Positions 9,654 to 16,893 of a stretch of DNA of 64,000 bases are shown here, in pieces. A program made the position numbers and the translations under genes. Source of the DNA: Verrucomicrobiota bacterium (GTDB lineage Bacteria; Verrucomicrobiota; Verrucomicrobiia; Verrucomicrobiales; V1-33); contig JAZKFB010000038.1 of assembly GCA_040386695.1 (NCBI GenBank), positions 23,157 to 87,156 on the forward strand. Direction: 5' to 3'. Position 1 is the stretch's first letter; the number at the start of each line of letters is the position of its first letter. The notes beneath the pieces are model-generated. The model worked only from the letters and a program-made list of their open reading frames with translations, did not search any database and had not been told where the DNA came from.

Positions 9654-9927
9654 GAATCGATACGCGCTGCCTTGGAATCGATGCGCCGCGCTCTGTAATC
9701 TATACAACGCGCTCTGTAATCTATGCGTGATGCTCCATAATCGACACGTGGCATTCTGGAATCAACACGCGGTGACCTGTAATCGACGCGCTATGCTCTG
9801 GAATCAACACGCTGTGCTCTGTAATCGACGCGCGACGCTTTGGAATCGATGGGCGGTGGCGAAGAATCGATGCGCTGGGCGAAGGAATTGACGGGGTGAG
9901 CCAAGGAATCGCGGCGGCGGTTCTGTA
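9654..9927 (+). repeat. Iteron-like tandem array: 13 head-to-tail units (12 of 21 bp, one of 22 bp)
   Basis: Unit starts were counted by hand at 9654, 9675, 9696, 9717, 9738, 9759, 9780, 9801, 9822, 9843, 9864, 9885 and 9907. The conserved core is (TGG/TGT)AATCGA(C/T), with AATCTA, AATCAA, AATTGA and AATCGC variants. The 3' 12-13 nt are variable. Confidence 0.85.
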
Positions 9928-10258
9928 GCGGAGGTGACGGCTTACCAAAGGTGTTCCGGTGGGGAGTGATACGGCGCAGAGCGCTTTGCGGGCTGATCGT
10001 TAGAAGTCCGGGCGGGGACAGGGATGGCGGAGTTGGAGGGAAAGGGGGCTTGAAGTCAGGCGGCAAGGGCCCCGTGGCGGGTGGAGCGGGGCTTTCAGGG
10101 GACTGAAACGGATGGGGTATGAGGCCGACGGCTTTGGAAAAACCGCCTAAGTGACTTAACATCAAGTATATGAGTGGTTTTTTAAAATGATTGTCATAAA
10201 ATATTTGCCAGAACGGGGTGAATTTATTAGTCTTCTGGCAAACCGACCCATCTTCCTT

Positions 10259-11011
10259 ATGAAAACCGAATTCGATATCCGCCTGAAATCCTTCAACCGT
10301 TCCCTGACGCTGCTGGACGTGCCGAAAAATGTGGCGGTGTGGAAAGACCAGGCTCCGGAGATCTTCACCACCAAGCAGGGGGAGGCGGTGATCATGGTGG
10401 CGGCTTTGGAGGAGGCGGCCATGAATCAGGAGGCCGGACTGGGCGGGGTGGCGGAGGAGAAGGACCGGGAGGAGACGGAGCTGGAGGATGCGGCTTTCGT
10501 GCTGTCCCAGGCCCTGGGGACCTGGTTCACGGATCAGAAACACGAAAGCGACGCCGGCGAGGTGGATCTGACGATCAGCGACTGGCGGCAGATGCGGGAT
10601 CAGCGGCTCCTGGCCAAATCCCAGCGGGTGATTGATCTGGCCAAGGCGGTGGTGGCGGGACCGGACGGGGTGGCGGCGGCCAAATACGGGGTCACCACGG
10701 AGGCGGTGACCACCCTCACCAAGGAGCGGGCGGATTACGATCACATCGTCAACGCCCCGGGCGTGGCCCAGTCCCTGCGGCGGGCCCTGACCAAGGGCTT
10801 CCGCCCGGCCTTCAATCTGGTGGAGAGCAAATTCAAGGAACTGGACAGCCTCATCATTCAGTTCGGCCGCACGGAGGAGGGCCGGTCGATGATTGCCGCC
10901 TGGAAGGACGCCCGTCTGAAGAAAGGCGCGGGCCACACCGGCAGCGGCCCGGAGACGGCAAAGCCCGGCGTTCCACCGGAGAGCGCGGTCACTCCGGCCC
11001 CGGCGGGGTGA
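10259..11011 (+). CDS. Hypothetical protein, predicted mostly helical, no recognised family
   Basis: Within ORF 10187-11011. ATG at 10259 (MKTEFDIRLKSF...) follows an AT-rich promoter-like stretch. Codon usage looks coding and there is no motif I can name. Confidence 0.5.
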   Translation: MKTEFDIRLKSFNRSLTLLDVPKNVAVWKDQAPEIFTTKQGEAVIMVAALEEAAMNQEAGLGGVAEEKDREETELEDAAFVLSQALGTWFTDQKHESDAGEVDLTISDWRQMRDQRLLAKSQRVIDLAKAVVAGPDGVAAAKYGVTTEAVTTLTKERADYDHIVNAPGVAQSLRRALTKGFRPAFNLVESKFKELDSLIIQFGRTEEGRSMIAAWKDARLKKGAGHTGSGPETAKPGVPPESAVTPAPAG

Positions 11012-11070
11012 CGCGGCCGTGAGCGGCAAGGATCATCCGGGGCTTCAGAACGCCTGAGAGACAGCCCGTC

Positions 11071-11173
11071 TTTACGCCAAAGGCGTTGCGTCCTTCAGCC
11101 TGGGGTTGCTGACGAAGTCGGCTACCCCAGGAATTGGGACCGACATCTTTCGAACCACAACGTGGTTCCGGCC
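11071..11173 (-). repeat. REP-like element, family B, single inverted copy
   Basis: Reverse complement of the 11733-11830 unit. Hairpins are ACGCC-AAA-GGCGT, a CTGGGGTAGCCGAC/GTCGGCTACCCCAG-type stem (imperfect here) and GAACCAC-AAC-GTGGTTC. Confidence 0.75.
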
Positions 11174-11198
11174 TTCGGCCCGTTCACATGCGGCAACC

Positions 11199-11684
11199 TC
11201 AATCCCAAAGATACCGCTCATCCCACGCCTCCCCGTGCTTTTCCAGCATTCTCCGGAGCTCATCCTGAAACGACCTCTTCCGGTGATGCTCCTCCTGTCG
11301 CCGAATATAATCCTCCACGGTCTCAAGGTTGGAAACGCTCACGGAAAAACACGCGTAACCACCCTGCCACGCAAACTCCTTCAGCGATGACCCCGGCCCT
11401 TCAATCGAAGGTGAGTTGGCTTGCTGCTCTTTGATCCAGAGACTGGAGGCCCGTTTCAATTCCTTAACCCATTCCGCTTGAGAGATTGTCCGGGCCAGTC
11501 TCGCGAGAATATGGACATGATCCTCCACACCACCAACCCGCGCGGGACCGCATTCCAATCTTTGGGAAATGGCTCCAAGATAGCCATGCACCGCGTGCCG
11601 GAAACCCGGATCTCGGAAAAACGGACGGCGTTCCTTCGTGGAAAAAACACCATGAACATAGACGGCGGAAAGAGATTGCGGCAT
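11199..11684 (-). CDS. REP-associated tyrosine transposase (RAYT), second paralogue
   Basis: 161-aa ORF, collinear with the 3163-3615 protein (MPQSLS..H.VFSTKER, HUH DHVHI, YIRRQEEHH). It is flanked by family-B REP copies in inverted orientation. Confidence 0.8.
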   Translation of the reverse strand: MPQSLSAVYVHGVFSTKERRPFFRDPGFRHAVHGYLGAISQRLECGPARVGGVEDHVHILARLARTISQAEWVKELKRASSLWIKEQQANSPSIEGPGSSLKEFAWQGGYACFSVSVSNLETVEDYIRRQEEHHRKRSFQDELRRMLEKHGEAWDERYLWD

Positions 11685-11732
11685 GACCCTCCGAAGATAG
11701 GAGAGCGGGCGCGGCCTGCAATGCGGGGAACG

Positions 11733-12210
11733 CCGGAACCACGTTGTGGTTCGAAAGATGTTGATCCCGATTCCTGGGGTAGCCGACTTCGTCGGCTACC
11801 CCAGGCTGAAGGACGCAACGCCTTTGGCGTAAAGACATGGGCTTTATTCCTCCCCTGAAGGCAGGTTGCCGCCTTTGTCCGGGTTTTAACCCCTGCCTGC
11901 GCGCTCTCCGGAGCAGGAGGGCCGGAACCACGTTGTGGTTCGAAAGATGTTGGTCCCGATTCCTGGGGCAGCCGACTTCGTCAGCAACCCCAGGCTGAAG
12001 GACGCAACGCCTTTGGCGTAAAGACATGGGCTTTATTCCTGCCCTGAAGGCAGTTTGGCGCCTTTGTCCGGGTTTTAACCCCTGCCTGCGCGCTCTCCAG
12101 AGCAGGAAGGGCGGAACCACGTTGTGGTTCGAGAGGTGTTGATCCCGATTCCTGGGATAGCCGATTTCGTCGGCAACCCCAGGCTGAAGGACGCAACGCC
12201 TTTGGCGTAA
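11733..12210 (+). repeat. Three tandem family-B REP units with a period of about 189 bp
   Basis: CCGGAACCACGTTGTGGTTCGA starts at 11733, 11922 and 12112. Each unit carries the hairpins GAACCAC-GTT-GTGGTTC, CTGGGGTAGCCGAC-TTC-GTCGGCTACCCCAG (14-bp stem) and ACGCC-TTT-GGCGT, plus a conserved spacer. Confidence 0.85.
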
Positions 12211-12243
12211 AAGCGGGCTCCGGAGGGAAGGAGAGGGAAGGGG

Positions 12244-14052
12244 TTATTCTTTCGACGGCGTCGCGGTGATGGCTTCGTATTCCGCGAGTTTGGGTTCGAG
12301 GGAGAGGATGCCGGAGGCCCAGAAGGCGGGGTCGGTGAGGTCGGCGTTGAGGGTTTGGCGGGCGGTGGTTTCGCAGTCGGCGGAGCCGCTGAGGCGGAGG
12401 AAGGCTTCGTAGCCGGGGAGGAAGGCGGGGCCTTCGGCCTGGAAGCGGGCGAAGAGGGCGCGGCTGAGGAGGTAGCCGAAGACGTAGGGGAAGTTGTAGA
12501 AGGAGACGCTGGAGATGAAGAAGTGCATCTTGGAGCACCAGAACAGGGGGTCGAGGCCGTCGGACTCCAGAGTGTCGCCATAACATTTCCGCTGGGCCTG
12601 CTCCATGAGGGTGCGGAGGCGGGAGACGGGGACTTCACCGGTGTGGCGTTCGGTGTAGAAGGAGCGCTCGAACTCGAAGCGCATGGGGATATTCACCAGA
12701 TAGGAATGGGCGCGGTTCATCTCCTGATCGAGCAGCCAGGCCTGGAGGGCGGGGTTGTCCGCGCCCTCGGAGAGGAGGCCTTCGAGGAGGATCATCTCGC
12801 CGAAATTGGACGCCGTTTCCGCGAGAGTCATGGGATAGGAGGAGCGGAACAGCCGCTCACCGAGAAGCGCGCGGGAATGCCAGGCGTGGCCGACTTCGTG
12901 GGCGAGGGTGATCACGTCCTGCACGGTGCCGTGATAATTCATATACACCCGCTCCTCGCCCCGCAGCGGCGAGCCCGTGCAGAACGCGCCCGGCCGCTTG
13001 CCCGCGCGGGGCTGGGCCTCGATCCAGCGGCGGTCGAGCATTTCGCGGAAATACGCGCCGAGTGCGGGGTAGGCGGTGGTGAAGGCGCGGTCCACCATGG
13101 CGCAGGCCTGGTCCCAGGAAATGTGGGCTTCGCCGGGGGCGGCGATCTGCGGGGCTTCCAGATCAAAGAAGTGCAGAGCGGGGGTTCCCTGGAGTCTGGC
13201 GGCGGCGCGGAGGGCGCGGCGCGGGATTTCGATGTGGGCGTGGATGGCTTCCATCATGGCGTCGAGGGAAGCCGCGCTCATGGCGGAGTCGAAGAGCGGG
13301 GCCTCCAGAAACCCCGGCTGCCCGCGCCGCCGGTAAAGCGAGAGACGCGCACCCGCGATGCCGTTGAGCCCGGCGGCGAAGGTGTCGGCGTGATCCAGCC
13401 AGGGCTGCTGACCAGCGTGAAACGCGGCGGAGCGGACCGCGCGTTCAGGCGAGGCCATCAAGGCGCGCCGCCGGGACATGGGCACGGTTTCCGTATGCCC
13501 GTCCGGGAAAGTCATGGGGAAGGACAGCTTGCCGGTCAGGGTTTCATAAAGCCGCCCCCAGGCGTGGAGTCCGTCCACGTTCAGGTCGGCGGCGAGGCCT
13601 TCCAGCTCCAGCGGCATCTGACGCGCGCCCGCTTCCCGCAGGCGGCTGAGCCGGTAAGCGGCGTCCGCCAGCGCGGATGAGGGTGAGGAATCGGCGGTGA
13701 GCGCGGCGAATTGGGCATCGGTGAGCGCGGCGAGCCGCGAGCGTAGAGCGGCTTCGATTTTCGACAGATCCGCCTCGCGTCCGGAAAGCCAGGCTTCATC
13801 GGCCTTCACGGCCTCGTTGTTGGAATCGTCGGCGGACAGACAGCCGAGGAAGGCGGAGAGATGGGCCATTTTCACGGACAATTCCTCAAAAGCCGCCAGA
13901 TCCGCAGTCACATCGCCGTCGGTGGAAATTTCGCTCCGGGTGGTGAGGTTTCTGGTCAGGTCGTCTTTGAATGCGAGGTAATCCGGCGCACCGAAAGCGC
14001 TGAACCAGGACTCAAGTGACCAACGGTCGGAGGGGGCGGCGGCGGATTCCAT
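12244..14052 (-). CDS. pepF: M3-family oligoendopeptidase (PepF-like)
   Basis: 602-aa ORF with the zinc motif TLAHEVGHAWH (HExxH) and overall M3B length and layout. Confidence 0.85.
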   Translation of the reverse strand: MESAAAPSDRWSLESWFSAFGAPDYLAFKDDLTRNLTTRSEISTDGDVTADLAAFEELSVKMAHLSAFLGCLSADDSNNEAVKADEAWLSGREADLSKIEAALRSRLAALTDAQFAALTADSSPSSALADAAYRLSRLREAGARQMPLELEGLAADLNVDGLHAWGRLYETLTGKLSFPMTFPDGHTETVPMSRRRALMASPERAVRSAAFHAGQQPWLDHADTFAAGLNGIAGARLSLYRRRGQPGFLEAPLFDSAMSAASLDAMMEAIHAHIEIPRRALRAAARLQGTPALHFFDLEAPQIAAPGEAHISWDQACAMVDRAFTTAYPALGAYFREMLDRRWIEAQPRAGKRPGAFCTGSPLRGEERVYMNYHGTVQDVITLAHEVGHAWHSRALLGERLFRSSYPMTLAETASNFGEMILLEGLLSEGADNPALQAWLLDQEMNRAHSYLVNIPMRFEFERSFYTERHTGEVPVSRLRTLMEQAQRKCYGDTLESDGLDPLFWCSKMHFFISSVSFYNFPYVFGYLLSRALFARFQAEGPAFLPGYEAFLRLSGSADCETTARQTLNADLTDPAFWASGILSLEPKLAEYEAITATPSKE

Positions 14053-14387
14053 GCCGCTGCCTACGTGTCTCCGGGTGCCCGGGCAATAGCGGATCGGGGC
14101 GGTGGCTTTGAGTCGCCAGTCTTCGTGCGTTCCGGAGGGTGATCCTTATTACCCCGTTAAATGATGAGTCCGTTTTCCTTTCTCCAGCTGTCTGGAGCCG
14201 CTTCAGGTCAACCTCGCTTCCGATACCGGTCAAAGCGTTGAATTCGAGGAGGTTTTCCGTTTTGCGAAGCAAAATAGCCTTGACTGTTTTCATCTAATTT
14301 TATGAAAACTTAAAGCTGCGGCCCGCTCATTGACACGAATCGGGCCTGAATGCCCGTTTTGCCCGCAACCCTCCGCTTCCTTTTCCC

Positions 14388-16775
14388 ATGAAACGCTCTT
14401 TCCGTCTTCTCCTGGCCGCGCTGATTTTTCCCGCCGTCCCGGCCCAGCTGCGCGCCAATCTGATCTGGCGTTCGGCGCTGGATGGCAACGCCAATACGGA
14501 AATCGGGGTCGCCGGCACGGCGGGCGGAGCCATGGGGGCGGTGGGCACGGAGGATAAAAACGGCAAGCCGGACGGCGCGCTGCTGTTTGACGGAGCCAGC
14601 TACTATGACATCGGCCGCCTGGGGCCGCTGAGCTCGGGCAGTATTTCCATCTGGCTGCGGTCGGACAACAATGCCGGCGAGCGCGGTCCGGCCAATGCGG
14701 GCGCGTCCGGAGGCGGCACGGATGCTTATTTCAGCTTCATGAACGCTGCCGGAACTCTCCGCGCGGATCTGGACGACGGGGCTTTGCGCCGCACCTACAA
14801 CGGGCCGGTGCTGACGGTCGGTCAATGGTATCACGTGGTGGTCACCTTTGATTCCAATGCCACGGGCTCCCAGCAGCTGCGCATTTACGTGGACGGAACG
14901 CTGTTCGGCACCCCGGCCAGTATCGCCAACGACATCGCGCCCTACGTCATGACCCACAATGCGCTGCTGGGCAGCGAGCGCCCCACCGAGCGCTTCTGGA
15001 ACGGGGCGCTGGATGACCTCCGGATTTACGACAACGAGCTGACGGCGGCGGATGTGGCCGCGCTTTTCAACGGGGGGCCGCAGTTCGGCACCAGCGGGGA
15101 CGTGGACGGCGACGGTCTGCCGGATATCTGGGAGCTGGCCAATGGGCTCAGCCCTTCGGACAATGGCTCCGTGAACATCAACAACGGCCCCAACGGCGAT
15201 CTGGATGGCGACACGATCTCCAATCTGGTGGAGTTTCAGAAAAGCACCCGGGCCGACAAAAAGGATACCGATGACGACGGGATCAACGACAACTTTGAAA
15301 CCAAAACCAACGAATGGGTCAGCGCCACGAGCACGGGCACGGACCCGCTGAATTTTGACACGGACGGTGACGGTCTGCCGGACGGCGTGGAGAACAACAC
15401 CGGCACCTGGGTCAGCGCCACCCAGACCGGCAGCAGTCCCCTCAAAGTGGACTCCGACGGCGACACCATGCCGGATGGTTATGAAGTCACCAATCAGCTC
15501 AATCCCAGTTCCGACGCCGATGCCACCCTGGATCCGGACATCGATCTTTCCCCGAACCTGGAGGAATTCCAGCGCAGCACCAAACCGCAGACCGCCGACA
15601 CCGACGGCGATGGCCTGAAGGACGGCTGGGAGACACTCACCACCGTGTGGGAAAGCGCCACGGACACCGGCACCGACCCCACCAAAAAGGACAGTGACGG
15701 CGACCGCCTCTCCGACGGTGTGGAAACCAGAACCGGCACCTACCTCGACGCCACGCACACCGGCACGGATCCGAATCTCACGGACACGGACAATGACGGC
15801 TTCACGGACCAGACGGAAGTCGTGAACAATTCCAACCCCAACCTGAACACCTCCCTTCCCACCACTCTTGTGAAGACCCTGTTCGTCGGCGGCAACGCCA
15901 CCGCCAACCTCGGCGCGGACGGCGCGCTGATGGGCTTTCTTCAGGACCACTTCGGCGTGGACGCCATCACTTACGCTCAGAGCACCACCGTCGCCGCCGG
16001 CAGCGAGGACGGCTATCATCTCGTCCTCCTCTCCTCCACGCCGGGCTCCGGTGATATCCGCGGCAAATTCCGGGATTCCCTGCTGCCGGTCATCAACTGC
16101 GAGGAGGCCATCGCGGACAACGGGGATGGGGAATTCGGCTTCTCCAATGTCATTCTGAGCAAATCCACCAACGTCACCCAGGTCTCCCTGGCCACCCATC
16201 CGATCACGGCGGGACTGCCTGCGGCCATGGCTCTTTTCACCGGAAATCCGGTGGAGGTGACCGGCACCAGTTCCCTTTTTGAGGGCCTCACCGCCATCGC
16301 CAGCGCGGCGGACGGCAGCATCGCCGGCCAGCCCATGATCTACGTGGCCGAAAAAGGCCAGGCCGTGAATCCCGGCACCAGCGTCACCGACGGCGTGGTT
16401 CCCGCGCGGCGCGTGCAGCTGCCCTTCACCGACGGCACCTTCACCACTCTTTCCGCCGACGCCCTGAAGCTGATCGGCAATTCCCTCGACTGGGCGGTTG
16501 GCCGCATCGGCACCGTGCCCCCGCCGGCTTCCCCGCTTCTGATCACTGGTCTTTCCATGAATGCGGCGAACACCGCGCTCACCCTGACCTGGAGCTCCGA
16601 AACCACCGCCGGCGTGACCTACGACATTCTCTCCTCGCCCAATCCCGCGCTGCCCCTGACCGCCTGGAGCAGCGCCGCCGCAGGCGTCACCGCCACCGGC
16701 ACGAGCACCAGCCGGACCGTCACCGTGAATCCCGGCACGGTCACCCGCCTGTTCTTTGTGGTGCGGAAAAACTGA
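14388..16775 (+). CDS. Secreted LamG-domain protein with thrombospondin type-3 (Ca-binding) repeats
   Basis: Signal peptide MKRSFRLLLAALIFPAVPAQLRA. LamG signature: LLFDGASYYDIG ... WYHVVVTF ... LRIYVDG ... WNGALDDLRIYDNELTAADV. Multiple DxDxDGxxDxxE repeats are present (DVDGDGLPD, DTDGDGLPDGVE, DSDGDTMPDGYE, DTDGDGLKDGWE, DSDGDRLSDGVE, DTDNDGFTD). Confidence 0.75.
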   Translation: MKRSFRLLLAALIFPAVPAQLRANLIWRSALDGNANTEIGVAGTAGGAMGAVGTEDKNGKPDGALLFDGASYYDIGRLGPLSSGSISIWLRSDNNAGERGPANAGASGGGTDAYFSFMNAAGTLRADLDDGALRRTYNGPVLTVGQWYHVVVTFDSNATGSQQLRIYVDGTLFGTPASIANDIAPYVMTHNALLGSERPTERFWNGALDDLRIYDNELTAADVAALFNGGPQFGTSGDVDGDGLPDIWELANGLSPSDNGSVNINNGPNGDLDGDTISNLVEFQKSTRADKKDTDDDGINDNFETKTNEWVSATSTGTDPLNFDTDGDGLPDGVENNTGTWVSATQTGSSPLKVDSDGDTMPDGYEVTNQLNPSSDADATLDPDIDLSPNLEEFQRSTKPQTADTDGDGLKDGWETLTTVWESATDTGTDPTKKDSDGDRLSDGVETRTGTYLDATHTGTDPNLTDTDNDGFTDQTEVVNNSNPNLNTSLPTTLVKTLFVGGNATANLGADGALMGFLQDHFGVDAITYAQSTTVAAGSEDGYHLVLLSSTPGSGDIRGKFRDSLLPVINCEEAIADNGDGEFGFSNVILSKSTNVTQVSLATHPITAGLPAAMALFTGNPVEVTGTSSLFEGLTAIASAADGSIAGQPMIYVAEKGQAVNPGTSVTDGVVPARRVQLPFTDGTFTTLSADALKLIGNSLDWAVGRIGTVPPPASPLLITGLSMNAANTALTLTWSSETTAGVTYDILSSPNPALPLTAWSSAAAGVTATGTSTSRTVTVNPGTVTRLFFVVRKN

Positions 16776-16793
16776 AGTCCGGTTCTGAAAAAT

Positions 16794-16833
16794 AGGACTT
16801 ATAGAGCCTATAAGTCCTGTGGGGCCTATTTTT
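16794..16833 (+). terminator. Candidate intrinsic terminator after the LamG gene
   Basis: Perfect 11-bp stem AGGACTTATAG-AGC-CTATAAGTCCT, followed within 11 nt by TATTTTT. Confidence 0.45.
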
Positions 16834-16893
16834 CCTCTTCTCTCCTCCCGGCATTTGCGCCCGCCGCGCCTCTGCGCTATCGGGCGCGCAGCC

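Noticed and set aside
9654-9927. The tandem array considered as a CRISPR array.
   Set aside because: Units are contiguous with a 21-bp period. Only about 8 nt of each unit is conserved, there are no spacer-length unique segments, and no cas genes are nearby.
9634-9948. ORFs 9634-9891 (+) and 9721-9948 (-) reading the array as heptad-repeat proteins (LWNRxAx...).
   Set aside because: Openness in two frames and strands follows trivially from a 21-bp repeat lacking stop triplets. There is no plausible start context, and the conservation pattern (fixed DNA core, drifting remainder) fits a DNA-level element rather than a protein.
11733-12210. GGTTCGAA-containing hairpins considered as tRNA T-arm fragments. 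Pro/Ser/Arg-rich ORFs 11464-12638 also cross the repeats.
   Set aside because: No cloverleaf can be built, and the motif is part of the palindrome GAACCAC-GTT-GTGGTTC repeated in every unit. The ORFs are read-through of repeats and overlap the well-supported pepF gene.
14012-14293. 93-codon minus-strand ORF upstream of pepF.
   Set aside because: It overlaps the pepF 5' end and its second half is Arg/Pro-rich nonsense. At best only a short N-terminal part could be real, and there is no support for that.
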